DNA of 64,000 bases from Cladosporium halotolerans (GCF_011745625.1 NW_027191452.1:124001-188000), one strand, 5' to 3'. Numbered from the stretch's first letter, positions 50,235-62,803 are shown. Notes: generated by a model from the sequence alone, not told the origin. A program made the numbers and translations.

Positions 50235-51929
50235 TCATGCCTCCCGTTCTCCCATGCAAGCTCTCCTCCACCGATCGATTCTGGCCCTCTCCCTCCCCTC
50301 CGCAACCAGGCTCACGCTGTCACTAATCCCCACTTCGTCCGCCTCCCAATCATCGGCCTCTGCCTCCGCCTCGTCATCCGCAATCCCCGCTTCCACGCCC
50401 TCCGGCACCGCAGACAGCCACTTCCGCATCGTCGGGGAAGACACGGTAGGCACCATCTCCTGCTCCGCCGACATCCTGTCCCCGCCGCAATCACTCTCGT
50501 CCACGCCCGCAAACACCGTGTCTTGGTCATCCTGGTCGAACTCAACCGGCACGCCGGCGTCCACGGCACGGCGCTTCGCAGACGTCCAGGCCCCTTCGGC
50601 GTCAATCAACGCGCGAGTCAGCCCCGCCGTCTCCTGCACCCAGCGGATGTCGAATGCCTCGGGCGAATCGTCTGTGGTGGGCAAGCCAGCGTCGGCCGCA
50701 GCTTGGTTGGCGTAGAATTCCTGAGCGCGCTGGTTCGAGCGGTTTTCGAAGGCGTTGCGCGCTTGGGTCAGCGTCTGCTTCGCGGCCCATAGGTCGTTGA
50801 CGATGTCTTGCTTCTTCTGGTCTTCTTCCGAGAGGGGCTCGGCTTTCAGGTGGTCCAGGTTGTGGTCGAGCGGTGCGATTTCTTCGTCTTCAAGGAGAGG
50901 ATCACCGGCTGCTTTGAGCTTGTCGCAGAAGAGGAGGTATTCTTCCTCGAGATCGAATTTCTTGACTTCTACTGCAGGATCTTCCTCTTCCATGGGGACG
51001 AGCATCCCGCAAATGAACGCTTCTTCCAGGTAGGCAATGACTGAAGCTTGCACTTCACGCAGGATATCCGCCTGTGTCTGCACACCTGCGAAAAGCTCCT
51101 GCTTCCGGCCACCAACATCCAACAACATGGCTTTGAGGATGGTGAGACGCTGCTCCAGGGATGCTCTTGCGTCTCGATCATCGCCTTCAAGTTGATCGTC
51201 CAGTTTTCGCAGGCGAGACTTGCAACTCGCTATTGCGCTTTCTACTTTGCTCTCCAGTCCTATCAAAGCCAGTTTGGTTTTGGAGCTTTGGGAACGAGCT
51301 TTTGCGAAGTCTCTTTGACTCTGTAGGGCCTCTTGGACATGTCCCGAGAAATCGAGCGTCATCAACAGAGCAACGCAGCCTTTGACGCCATCAGAGGCCA
51401 GGACTAAGCGCGAAGGTCCATCGGTGTAACACTCCGCAGCCTCGGCAGCCAATGTGACATACTCTTCGTCGCGGATGGCCTGTTCTTCCTCAAACGTCAA
51501 GGGTGCAGGGTCAGCCTCCACTCCATCCTCGGCCACCACACCTTCGGCATTTTCGATGGGCGAAGAAACTTCGTCTTGATGTGTTGCTATCACATCATCA
51601 GAAGAAACACCCTTCGTGGTAAGGTGCTCGGTTGTTTGATCATCTCTGGCGTCGGATCGCCCCTCGAACGTGAGGGTTGGGCTTGCCGGCGTCAGACAAG
51701 CTGATTCAGACGCAGGCTCGGTTTCATTTTCATGGCTGCCAGAGGATAAGAGGTGCATTTCTGGCGAAGCCCCGAACTCATTGCCTGCAGTCAGTGGACG
51801 TATTTGAGAAGAATTGTGTCGGCCGAGCTCTCTTGTGTCGTCGACACTCGAGGCTCTGACTGCATCGTCAGCGGCTTTCCGCCGATACAGCGCCTGTAAT
51901 TCGCGCTTCAAGAATGTAAGTCTCCCCAT
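50235..51929 (-). CDS. Hypothetical acidic, coiled-coil-rich protein (564 aa)
   Basis: Long single-exon ATG ORF with helical heptad-like segments; ends DSVSLVAEGRERARIDRWRRAC. No family recognised. Confidence 0.75.
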   Translation of the reverse strand: MGRLTFLKRELQALYRRKAADDAVRASSVDDTRELGRHNSSQIRPLTAGNEFGASPEMHLLSSGSHENETEPASESACLTPASPTLTFEGRSDARDDQTTEHLTTKGVSSDDVIATHQDEVSSPIENAEGVVAEDGVEADPAPLTFEEEQAIRDEEYVTLAAEAAECYTDGPSRLVLASDGVKGCVALLMTLDFSGHVQEALQSQRDFAKARSQSSKTKLALIGLESKVESAIASCKSRLRKLDDQLEGDDRDARASLEQRLTILKAMLLDVGGRKQELFAGVQTQADILREVQASVIAYLEEAFICGMLVPMEEEDPAVEVKKFDLEEEYLLFCDKLKAAGDPLLEDEEIAPLDHNLDHLKAEPLSEEDQKKQDIVNDLWAAKQTLTQARNAFENRSNQRAQEFYANQAAADAGLPTTDDSPEAFDIRWVQETAGLTRALIDAEGAWTSAKRRAVDAGVPVEFDQDDQDTVFAGVDESDCGGDRMSAEQEMVPTVSSPTMRKWLSAVPEGVEAGIADDEAEAEADDWEADEVGISDSVSLVAEGRERARIDRWRRACMGEREA

Positions 51930-52392
51930 TGCGGGCTAGGTGTATCTTGTCAAGCAGCACCTTCTCCAAATAGTATGACTGTGTTGTTTGCCGAAGGCAA
52001 GCAAGTCCAGATAACTCCCAACGGAAGCGTAGCGTTCGAGATTTGCGATTGGAAAAGAACAAAGGGAAGTAGCTTCATCGGCCGGTTTATTGGCAGGCTT
52101 TGTCTCCTGGATGATAGCCGGAAATGTCGAAATGAGGGCGCCGCTTTGTCTTCAAAATTTCATGTATCATTACCTGCTCATTGGCTTTGTGCTACAATAT
52201 GCAATAGCCTTCGACACCACGTACTTGCTGGTCAATTAATCTCATTGACCAGCGTCACCATAACCCCAATTCCGCTTCTGCTCGCACGCAGCTCAAGGTT
52301 TCTTGGAGTTTGTGAGCACGCCCGCAGACCTGCAACGATAAAACAGCCTCTGCCTTTACCTCCTCAAGGAGAGCGTTTCGGTCACAGCAACC

Positions 52393-53307
52393 ATGTCTAG
52401 CACCGCTAAGAATATTCAAACGTCATTCCTCATCCGGAAAGGAGCTACTGCTGTAAGCGCTGGCAACGCTGCAGCACCGTCGCAGAATGCGCTTCCTACA
52501 GGACCAGCGCCGGCATGGCGAAGCCCAGGAGTCAATGCCCTCAAGAGCGCACTCTCGACCGCTCGCAACCCCAACCTAGCACCGCGGCCCAAATCAGTCA
52601 TGATGAATTTGCCAGCAACTCCCTCTGCAGTCGCAGGTCACATGGCCAATCTCCACGTGAGCGCACCGCAAGCACCAGACTGGCGCTCTGCCCGAGTGTA
52701 CGACCCTTCCGTCGGCCCTACACGCTCGGCCATGACAACCAACTGGCGCTCGAGCGCAGTTGGCAGCAATGCGACCAGTCGTACTGGTCGTCAGACATTC
52801 CAGAACGCAGTGTGCACCTTATCGAACCTCTCTCGCTCCGACTTCCATCTCGGCGACGTGATCGCCGCGCCGTTCCACGTCGCGAACACGAACCCCAACG
52901 CCAGCCCATCCGACCCTCGTCTGGTGAGGACAGTCGAAGGCTTCGCTTACTCGAAACGCAGGATGCTCGTCGTGCTCTTCGTCCACTCGCAGGACATGTA
53001 CTGCCTGCCATTGTACAGCTTCGGCAACCGCGGGCTGCATGCGAAACCGGACGTGCTGAAGAAAGAGTACGTATGCATGCGGAACGCCGGCGACAAGGTG
53101 TTCGCGAACGAGGGTCCCCATGAACCGATTGCCGTGAGGTGTCGGCGGCCGTTGACGGAAACTACGACGGTGCATCTGACTGGTGGCATCAGAGTCGGGT
53201 GTAATGAAGATATCACGGCTGTTGGCAGGTTGACGGAGGAAGGGTATGGGAATTTGCTGGATCTCTGGAAGGCGTTAGTGGCGGAGGCACAGGAAGACAC
53301 TTATTGA
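52393..53307 (+). CDS. Hypothetical protein with C-terminal DUF6590-like domain
   Basis: Low-complexity N-half, then FHLGDVIAAPFH...AYSKRRMLVVLF...YCLPLYSFGNRG...VGRL, resembling fungal DUF6590 proteins. Confidence 0.65.
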   Translation: MSSTAKNIQTSFLIRKGATAVSAGNAAAPSQNALPTGPAPAWRSPGVNALKSALSTARNPNLAPRPKSVMMNLPATPSAVAGHMANLHVSAPQAPDWRSARVYDPSVGPTRSAMTTNWRSSAVGSNATSRTGRQTFQNAVCTLSNLSRSDFHLGDVIAAPFHVANTNPNASPSDPRLVRTVEGFAYSKRRMLVVLFVHSQDMYCLPLYSFGNRGLHAKPDVLKKEYVCMRNAGDKVFANEGPHEPIAVRCRRPLTETTTVHLTGGIRVGCNEDITAVGRLTEEGYGNLLDLWKALVAEAQEDTY

Positions 53308-54827
53308 TTTTCTGATGATCGATGTAAGATTTTAGTCGTCGATATTAGCCACCATGTTGATCAGAAAGGGCTTGAGAGATAGTGATTGACGCTCAAGATT
53401 GTACAACCTCTGCATTCGGATTGGCCATCCAGCTGATGTGCGTGTTACATCCATTCCACCTTTTCGATTGATAACGGCGTCAATGTGATCGTACAACCAT
53501 CCTATCTAATCAACGGAATGGGAGGGACGGTAGACGTCGTGGGAGCACATGAACTATTACGCCTCGCTTACTTCTGAATTCTGGGCGAGTCAGTGCTTCG
53601 GTAAAAGCCGTGCTCGTTATTTATTGATCTCTCGGGGTCCGTAACAAACTCATATGAGATACAGATGGTCAAGGTCCGGGTAGTCTGAGCAGGATTTGTT
53701 GCGTCGTCACACATCGGGGCAACGACTCATGTCCAAACTTCACTGCCGTTGAACAAACGGTGCGCCTCGAACACTAACGCCGCGGTCCGGGGCACCGTCA
53801 GGAAGACGAAGGTTTCGAGCTATTAGCTGGTACTGGGTCTGGATAGTGCGGTGAGCCTTGCGCGATGGCGCATCCACATCTGCTCGGTCGGTATCGACGG
53901 ATCGGTTGGCTTGTTCCCAGTGCTTCGGACGAGTGGTCGCTGGTGGCAAGGCTGTGCTTGCATGTTGGAGATTGAGTCCGGCTACTGCTTCTTGCCCGTA
54001 ACGCAGGGCTGTCCTTTGATGACAGGCGAGGCCAGGCACGAAACGACGAAGGGGGGGATTACTCCGGCGCAGCCCACTTATCACCGGCAAGCGAGACGCA
54101 CCAAGGCTACTATCGAAAAGCTGTAGAGTAGGGACTTGATGGCTGGTGCCGCAAAAGGAGTCGTTCTCCAGGCGGATAGCAGCCGCGAGGGTTCTGGCAG
54201 CGGCCGGGCCCACACGGGCTGCGCTCCTGGCGGCCGGGAGCCCAATCACACGCGCGTGCGCGCGCCCAGAAGCTCACCTACCGAAGGCCCGGGCGCGGCC
54301 TCTTTGATTGCGAGCAGCACCGACTGCTGCGCCGTGTGCATGCCACCACCTTCTGCGCTGCGAGCCCGTTTTCGCTGTTGTGAGAGGAGGCCTGAGGGCA
54401 GGGCGACACGCTAATCACCGACTCGCAGCCCTTCTCCAGCCCGCCGGGCTCCAAAGCCTTCCTCACGCACATCTTCACTCGTTCAGCACCATCCGCCTCC
54501 ACCAGTGACGTTCTGGATCGCGCCCTCGGCTGCACATCGCGTCGCTAGCCACTGGTTGGGAGCTGCGCCCATCGGAGCCGTTGCACTGAGACGGCACGTC
54601 TTTACGATTTCACATCACACTCTCTTTCAACTGGCCATTTTTCCTTTCACAACATCGTCCGGGCCGCGCGATATTGCCTCCAGGGCCCTGCGACGGATTT
54701 CTGCGGGGCGTGCCTATAGCAGCACCGTCTTAACCGCTCCTCAGCCACTCACTGCCCGTTCCGCCTTGAAACCTGCATACCGCCTGTGCGCGGGGGAGAT
54801 CGAATGCAGTAATATTGCACCGCAACC

Positions 54828-56426
54828 ATGGCCACCAATGCTGCTGCACAGTGGAGCCATGCCGTACCGTTGGATCACGCCCAGGAGAACGACTACCCGA
54901 GGGCTTCCAGCGGCTCGCGAACAGGGCACTACGCCTACCAGGACACCACCAACTATTCTTATGGGTCTGTAGGGAAACGCCCGAGTCACTCGAACATGCG
55001 CGGAGACAGCGACAGCGAGCGGTCTCGCCGGCCTTCGGCCAACCACCAGTCGGTGCCGAAGAAACGCTCCGCTCAGCCGCTTCGCCAGCCGCAGAAGTCC
55101 GCGGAGGGATCTGAGGATGAGGGCTGGATACACCGTGATAAGCTGAGGGAGATTGAGATTCAGGAGATGGAGCAAGCTGGCATGCGTGTCCGCCAACCGC
55201 GTCGGTCTGGTAGTGCTGGGCCGAGTGCGGGTCGGCGGTCGAACAGCAGGTCAATGAGTAGGACAGGCATGAGGCGGCAAATGAGCAAAGAGCAGCTGAG
55301 CGAGTCCCCTGTGGACGACAACGGGTACGGAGAATTCAAGCGGAAAAGGGTGTCCACAATCCCAGCAGCGGATGCGTCAGAGGAGCAGGAGGCGGAATAC
55401 GACCACAGGAATGACACGGAGCTGCGATCACTGGAGGAGCTGGCAGCAAATCAGCCCTCTTTCAGACAGCACTCTGGCAGGCCCAGCACCTCTAGGATTC
55501 CCGTATCGAAAGTCAGCCCTGTTCCGGTACCTTATGCCATGGTGGATCGGGACTCTCCTCTACCCCGAAGCAGGCATGGCAGCAACCGCTACAGTGGCAA
55601 CTGGGATGAACTGCAATACGCGAGAAAGGCTAGGAGCGGCAGCGTGGGTAGTCAAGTGCTTCTGGACGACGACGGCTATCGGACACCCTCAAGGCCAGCG
55701 AGCTCACATATGCGTGGCTCACTGGAGGACAGGAACGGACTCTCACATTCTCCACCGAAGGCTCGCATGCCAAACAAGGATGCACCTACGTCCGGAGCTC
55801 GAAAGGCGTCCGGAGGTCGTCCGTTGGGGGCAAACGCCGTCAAACCACGTGCTCGGTCTGGCACGACTGGAGCACGGCCTGCCTCTAGTGGTGGACCGAA
55901 GAATCCCATAAACAGACCGGAAGGCGAGGCGCCCTGGATTGCCTCTATGTATAAGCCGGATCCAAGGTTGCCTCCGGATCAACAAATGCTACCAACGCAC
56001 GCCAAGCGCATGGCACAAGAGCAAGGAGGGCCTGATTCCCAGCCAGGCGCTCATAGAGACGATGAGAAATCAGAGACAGGACTCGACGCGCAGCAGCCCG
56101 ACTTCGATGCTCAGCAGCGCCTCAGTCCCAAGATCGGCTCGCCCGTCAAGGAGAAACACTCTCCGAATCCAGGAGAAGGATCTGGCTGGCCCCTTGCGGG
56201 CGACAAACGCAGCGATCCAGGCAGTCCTCGCCCTGGTACCAGCGGCGGATATCGCATCACTCCCACGATTTCTACACACCCTGGTCTCCCCAGAAACCCG
56301 ACGTCTGAGAAGGACGTCACAACACCGCACAACCCTACGCCTCGCATTCCAGACTTCGACAAAGATGACGAAGAAGAAGAGGGCCCGAAGCGGAAGAAGG
56401 GCTGTATGGGCTGCGTCGTGATGTGA
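54828..56426 (+). CDS. teaR: Cell-end marker receptor TeaR (Mod5-like), prenylated
   Basis: WIHRDKL, RPSTSRIPV, PEGEAPWIASMYKPDPRLPPDQQMLPTHAKR; polybasic tail plus CAAX (KRKKGCMGCVVM*). Confidence 0.85.
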   Translation: MATNAAAQWSHAVPLDHAQENDYPRASSGSRTGHYAYQDTTNYSYGSVGKRPSHSNMRGDSDSERSRRPSANHQSVPKKRSAQPLRQPQKSAEGSEDEGWIHRDKLREIEIQEMEQAGMRVRQPRRSGSAGPSAGRRSNSRSMSRTGMRRQMSKEQLSESPVDDNGYGEFKRKRVSTIPAADASEEQEAEYDHRNDTELRSLEELAANQPSFRQHSGRPSTSRIPVSKVSPVPVPYAMVDRDSPLPRSRHGSNRYSGNWDELQYARKARSGSVGSQVLLDDDGYRTPSRPASSHMRGSLEDRNGLSHSPPKARMPNKDAPTSGARKASGGRPLGANAVKPRARSGTTGARPASSGGPKNPINRPEGEAPWIASMYKPDPRLPPDQQMLPTHAKRMAQEQGGPDSQPGAHRDDEKSETGLDAQQPDFDAQQRLSPKIGSPVKEKHSPNPGEGSGWPLAGDKRSDPGSPRPGTSGGYRITPTISTHPGLPRNPTSEKDVTTPHNPTPRIPDFDKDDEEEEGPKRKKGCMGCVVM

Positions 56427-57359
56427 AGAGGTGGAAGGTCAAGGAGATGCTACCACCCGTCACGCGCAGACTGCACCCGTGCTGCTTTCGCGTTTTCTAC
56501 GAGCCACCAGGCGCCCACCATTTCTTTCCCCTTACCGTTCTATTTCGTTGTTCCTGCCATTACCCAACCCTCGATACCACGGCCGTTTTTCTTTTTGTCC
56601 TATCGTTTCTTGCCCTTCCTTCTTCAACCAGAGGCCTTCTGCATTTCTCATCTTTCCTAGCGTTCCAGCGAGCCTGAGCCTGCTCTCTCCTCACCCATCC
56701 TTTCTACCGATTGCACGCTCATATCGCATGGCCAGCGTGCAGCGAGGCTTTTCTTCAGACGTTGAGCGGCATTAGCGTTGAGCTTTCTTGTTTGTCGTTG
56801 TTAGGTTAGCCGAACATAATGTGAAGATTTGCATATGAGTGAATAATTTAGCAGATTGGTTGACGGTACCGTAGATACCGTATGTGAAACCTTGAACGCA
56901 TATTGAACATGACTGGCAACAACATTGACCCTTGATTCATTTCATTTAAGAAGGTTCAAGCACGGTAAGATGCAAGGCAGAGTTGCAGCAGGGCAGACTC
57001 AGATAGTGGTACAGATGGGAAACACACACAACGTAGCAATGCACCCAACGCCGACCGTTATTATCATTTGTTAATCCGTCGCCATTGCTCTATTTCCTCC
57101 ATGCGCTCATTCACAAAAGCACAACAATATGACAAGCCCTCCTAGTGAGATAGAGTTTGTTGCCTCAGGACCTCTAGATGTGTCGCTTAGCGCCGGCTTG
57201 GCGCACCGCGCTCGAAAAGCACGGGCCATACAGCCAGTCGTGCTGCTACTTCGATACCAGCGAAAAGTTGCCCGCGCTGCTGTGATTCTCGTTTGAAGCA
57301 ACTACACAACCGGCTCTTCGAGGATCTTCGACACTAACAACCAGTCAATCACATCGAAA

Positions 57360-58099
57360 ATGGTACGTCGGCTCTCTTTGTATGGCTCAGGTCCCCGGCG
57401 GCGCATTGGCACTGGTGGAATCGGAGGGAGGAGGGGACCGTGATGGATGGGAAGAGAAGGAGTTTTGCGGGTGGATGGCATGTCGAAGGGCAGGATGGGA
57501 CTGAGGGCGGGACCACGATGCCTCACAATGCGCCAATGGGACCATGCGACAACACTCTCTGAACCACAAGCTAACACATCTTCGCAGTCGGACGGAGAAG
57601 AGGTTCCCCAGCAGGAGGTCGAGGCCGCCGAGGAGGTCGAGGTGCCGGCCGACAACGCCAGCGGCAGCATGTCTGTCCTCGACGCCCTCAAGGGTGTGCT
57701 CAAGATCTCCCTCATCCACGACGGTCTTGCCCGCGGCCTCCGTGAGGCCTCCAAGGCCCTCGACCGCCGCCAGGCCCACATGTGCGTGCTCAACGAGGCT
57801 TGCGAGGAGGAGGCCTACAAGAAGCTCGTCGTCGCTCTCTGCGGCGAGCACAAGATCCCTCTGATCAAGGTCCCCGACGGCAAGCAGCTCGGCGAGTGGG
57901 CTGGTCTCTGTAAGTTGCGCCCTTCTCTATGGGAAACAGTCACGTGGGACGTTTTTGCTGATTCTCTTTCACAGGCCAGATCGACCGCGAGGGCAACGCC
58001 CGCAAGGTCGTCAACTGCTCTTGCGTCGTCGTCAAGGACTGGGGTGAGGAGTCCCAGGAGCGCTCCATCCTGCTCAACTACTTCCAGACCGAGCAGTAA
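57360..58099 (+). CDS. RPS12: 40S ribosomal protein S12 (eS12)
   Basis: ATG-only first coding exon, intron 57363-57587; [21 protein letters not shown]...LGEWAGL; intron 57910-57974; [21 protein letters not shown]. Confidence 0.97.
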
Positions 58100-58674
58100 G
58101 CGCCTCGACCGGGAAGCGATCGGGCGTAGCACACAGCCGGCGGCATCGCGGCTTCTCAGCACGATTCTTCAACCACATCACTTTTGCGGACAACCTGCGG
58201 TGGCATCTTTTCGGAGGATGAACATCGCCAAAAGCAGCAGTCATTAGCGGGCGTATCTGATATGGTGGAGGTCTGGAGGGGCTGTGGGGAGGAGGAGATT
58301 TGTTGGTTTCTTCCTTCGGCGATGTACAGTAGGCTCGCCGGTTGCCTGGCTGGAGCTAGCTCGAAAGCAAACGGGGAATCCACGGAACGATATGTTCTCA
58401 CGTCTTTTCCACTTTGTGATTTGTGATACCGCAAACGTGATGCTGCTGAGTACCTTGGCACGGAGGTCCCACGACGGACGGGCCGAAAAGAATATACGCC
58501 TTCAACCCTACGCACGCCAAAAGCAGAGGTGTCTCGTCAAACCCACGGTTGATAGAGTCGTGTTCTCAAACTACATGTATCGTGACAACAATGCAACGCA
58601 ACACAACGCAACGCTAAAGCCGAGCATTAAAGAACCCCCTACTCCCTCAATCAGCCCAAAACCCAAACAACACC

Positions 58675-60977
58675 TCACCTCATCTCAAAACTCCCCCACC
58701 CCCCACCCCGCCCCCTCAACCTCAGCAGCTGATACGGCGTCGAGCTCGGATCGAAATACAAGCCCTCGACGTGCCCATCCCGCCTCCTCAAACTGACATA
58801 GTAGAAGCCGCTGATCGTCAGCCCGTGCCCGCGGTCCTGGTCGCCCAGGCGGTCCGACGAGCTCGACGTGCACCCGTCGTGCCGCGAGTGCACGAAGCAG
58901 CGCTCCTTCCAGCGCATGAAGACGTACTCTTCGCCGAGGGCGCGGAGCCGGGAGCGCGAGAGGAGGAGGCGCGCGAGCGTCGCGGGGGAGGTCGGGGGTG
59001 GTGGTGGGGTTTTGGCGGGGCTGGAGGCGGGTTCGGAGAGGGCGTTGAAGGGCGGGAGGGCGAGCCAGTTCTGCGCGTCGAGGGGCGCGGTCGCGGAGGG
59101 GAAGGAGATGGCGTCTGAGAGAGTGGTGGCGGCGCCGGGGGCGGGGTCTTTGGGGCCGCTGGGCGAGGGGGGCGTGAGGAAGCTGTGCGTGTGGTGGTCG
59201 AGGATGTGGCCTTCGAGGTAGGTGGTGATGGGGGCGGATTTCTTGCCGGCTTTGGGGCGGTGCTCGGGCGCGGCGCCCGGGTTGAGGATGTTGACTGCTG
59301 AGGCGGGGTGTTGCGGGACGTCGTAGGCTTCCATTGTCCCTTGGATGGTCATCTTTTCCCAGTCGATGTTGTGGATCGTTACGCGGACGGGCCAGTGGTC
59401 GTTGGCTGGGTCGGTGGGGGTGGGGTTCGGGGCGGGTGGGCGAGGTGCTGGGGGGATCTGGTGGGAGAGCCAGGGTCGGGAGGCGTCGAAGGATCCTATT
59501 GAGCGGGTCGAGCTCGGGTGCTCGTTCTGTCTGTAGTTCGGGTCGATTTGTTCGATGTGCGTGCCGGGCTGCGTATGCCGCTGGTGTGTGATGTTCATGC
59601 TTGCGCTGGAGGCATGCTGGTGGCCCTGGAACACCGCGCCAGGCTGCAACCAGGATGACGGAGCCGGCGGTTCAATGTCGTCCAAATCCAGCATGAAATC
59701 CTCGTGTTTATCCGCGAAGAACTCCTTCGTGGCGAGATTATTCGCAATCGCCGTCGCAAGCGAATCCTCGTACGACCTCGACGACCGCAAATCGCTCAGA
59801 TACTTCAACGCATTCTCCAGCAACAGCGTGGAGGCCGCCGCGGACGGCGCGCTCGACGAACTCGTCGCCCCGCCCCAGACCGGCGGCAACCTCGCCTGCT
59901 CGTGCTCCGCCAGAAACCCCCTCTGGAACGCCTCCACCCTCTCCAGCCTGTCCAGCTCATGCATCCGCGGCAGCTCCAGCCTCTCCCCCTCCGCCCCCAA
60001 CCGCCCCGTCGCCGACCCAACCCACGCGCCGCCCCTCACCCTCTCCTCCTCCTCGCTCATCCCACTCCTCTCCCTCTCCACAACATACCTTAGCATCCTC
60101 TCCGTCCCGCTCGGCGACGCCTCCTGCCTCGCCCGCTGCAACAGCACCCGGTTCCGCAAACTCTGCCTCTCCCGCCTCCGCCGCTCGCTCATCTGCTCGT
60201 ACGTCTCCACCGTCCCGTTGACCCGCATATACGACGCCGCGCGCGCGGGGCTGCCGCTGCCCTCCAGCCCGCTCGCGCGCCGCCCAAACAACCGCAGCAG
60301 ATCCCCCGAGGACGAAGAGCCAGACTCCGGCTGCTGCCTCCTCAGCTCCGCCAGGATCGCGTCCAGCTCCCCGCCGCCCTCTTCCTCCCCGTCGTGCTCG
60401 TCCTCCGCATCCGCCTGCGCGCCAGCGCCAGGCGCCCAATCGTACAGCCTCTGCGCGCGCGGCGACGGCGTGCGGTCCCCGTACGCGCCCTCCGAGGCCG
60501 CGGGCTGCGGCTCGTGCGCGCGGTTCAGCCGCGCCAGGACGCGCTGCAGGCGCTCGCGGCGCGAGAGGTCGTCTGCTGCGGGGGCGAGGCGCGGGTCGCG
60601 GCGGGGGTCGAGGAAGGCTGTGCGGGCTGTCGAGCTCGAGCCAGAGCGAGAGTGAGGGTTCTGGGGCTGGGGCTGGGAGTGGGAGGCGCTGGCGAGGGTG
60701 TCGAGGGCGTCGAGCGAGTCGCGGAGGAAGTCGGTGTTGGCTTCGTCGGCGGCGTCGGAGGCGGCGTGGGAGTGGGTGTGGAGGGTTGAGGCGAGGTCGG
60801 GGGCGGGCGAGGAGAGGTAGGTGAAGGGCGTGAGGGGGCGGGAAGGGCTTCTCTGTTTGCGGGAGGAGGGATGTTAGTTGTTTGGTTGGTTGGACGGGTG
60901 TGAGGGAGGGGCGGTAGGTGCGCAAGGTATGTACATACCGTGGGAGAAGGCACGGCGGGGGTGTTTACGGGCGGCAT
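58675..60977 (-). CDS. Vacuolar import and degradation protein, Vid24/GID4-domain
   Basis: Exon 1 MPPVNTPAVPSPT, intron 60853-60938, then a 726-codon exon with SWLQPGAVFQGHQ, GTMEAYDV, YVFMRWKERCFV, TISGFYYVSL and EGLYFDPSSTPYQ. Confidence 0.88.
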
Positions 60978-62803
60978 GGTTTGGTCATCGCGCTGTGTTG
61001 CTTGCTGTGCTGCGAGCGGCTGAGGGCGCTTGGTTGCGGGGTGTGTTCTGCGGAATGAGGATGCAATGCGCGCGGACAGAAAGATCAATGTAATATACTC
61101 ATGGGTAGCTGGTGTGAGACTGGGGTTTGTATGTGTTTTAGTGAGGTGACAAAGGATGCGAGACGGACAGAGGGAGGAGTCTGTCTGCGCCTGGTCGCTA
61201 ACCGCCGCCGCACGACGGCGCATGCCTCTCCGCTTCCGTCTCCGTCGTCATCGCAGCTGGCAGGCGCAGCGCGCTTGGCACCGGCAGCTTTTCACGTGTC
61301 AAACCTTCGCATATTGAAATGACGGAGCGAGGGCGATCCCGAGGGTAAAATCTGCAAAAGCTCACGTGCGAGGGCCGAACTACCTGCTAATTTGTGAACG
61401 ATCACGGAAAGGAAAACAAGCGTTGCCGAAAAAAATCGTTTTTCGATTATCTCTGAACAAAAAATAGCCACAACTTAAACAGTTTCAAACCCACCCGTGA
61501 GAATCAAAGCCCACGAGCAAGGTCAACTCAACCCGCATCCAATTTTCGCCCATTACCTTGCCAGAAGGCTAGACTTTATCCCGCCAGGGGAAGCGTAGCA
61601 TGGATGAGAACTACGCGATCCGACTAGAAAATCCTCACGACCACCGCGCCCCCGACGCGACGGACTCGCCAGTCAAGGCTTCCGCGCTCGGGGGAGGGCG
61701 TCCGATATCCCAACCCTCACTGACAACACCCCACAGGCGCGGGACTGGTCGATTCCAGTCCAACGCCCTCGGACGCGAAGGAGACCCCGAAAAAGCCACT
61801 CGAAGCCGGTCTACCTCCTCCCGTCTCGCGTTCGGAAACCCAAAAAGCCTCGGGACGTACTCGTGGCGGCGCCTGGCATCACAGATGCGCTGGGCGGCAC
61901 TTTTCGTCGCGGGCGCGCGGGGTGCTCCTGGCGTCCGGTGCGGTGGGGTGTGTCTCAGGTCGTGATGTCGATTCCATCCGTTGTTGCTGATGACGAAAGG
62001 TCGTGAGGTCCGTCGTATTAACGAGCCAGTACAGCCGGTGTACTCGTCGAGGCTCAGTTTTGATTTCTGAAAGAAGCGTGCCGGTCGTCGATGTCGTTGT
62101 CCAGTCCGAAGATGTTACGGTCGGAATACATCGCCGCGTGCGCCCTCATCACCGTGCCCCCCGGGCCGAGTCTCGTCGCCGGTCTTGGCTAGCAAGAGCG
62201 GAGGAGACGTAGGCGAGGGGCAGATTTCCAGGCGCACGAAGGCAAAGAGAAGAGAAGGCAGCGGTGCCAGCCGCGCCGAGTGAAGCATTGCGAGATAAAA
62301 GACATTGGCGCTCTCCGTCCCGTACTCCCCGAAATATGCAGGCTGACCGGAACGTAAAACCAGAAGAGCGGTGGACCGCGAGGTCCTGTTGTGTGTGTTG
62401 TCTTTTGAAGGGTGGTTGTCGCGATGCATGCCTCCCAGAGAAATGCGTTCACTCATAAAATCCAAAGCAGAGAAGTCCAGTAAGAATGCAGTCGCTTGCG
62501 AGAAGACAAAGAAAAGTAAGAAGAACGCCGTCCATAGATGCCGGAAAAGTCGTTGTGATGCTGAAGCCATGTTCCAAGAAAGGTAGTGGCCAACATCGGG
62601 TATCATCGTTGCATCGCTCGAGGGAAAATTTTACATCGCGTGTCGGTGGAGCACGGATCTTGTGCGCAATTCAAGAGTCCGCGTCGTCGAGATAGGTAGA
62701 TTGAGTTGTCGTGGTGGGCCAGACCCCGACAGGCCTGAGTGAGGTCGATCAACGACCGATTGGGCGGAAGAAGGGCGCAGAACAGTGGTTCGGCTGCTGA
62801 CGT

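Noticed and set aside
57438..57562. Possible box C/D snoRNA in the RPS12 intron (gtgatgg ... ctga)
   Set aside because: Box C is imperfect, no terminal stem flanks the boxes, and no rRNA guide was recognised.
62115..62606. 163-aa ORF with a hydrophobic FFLLFFVF stretch
   Set aside because: Lies in the probable T-rich 3' UTR of the last gene; composition explains the apparent TM segment.
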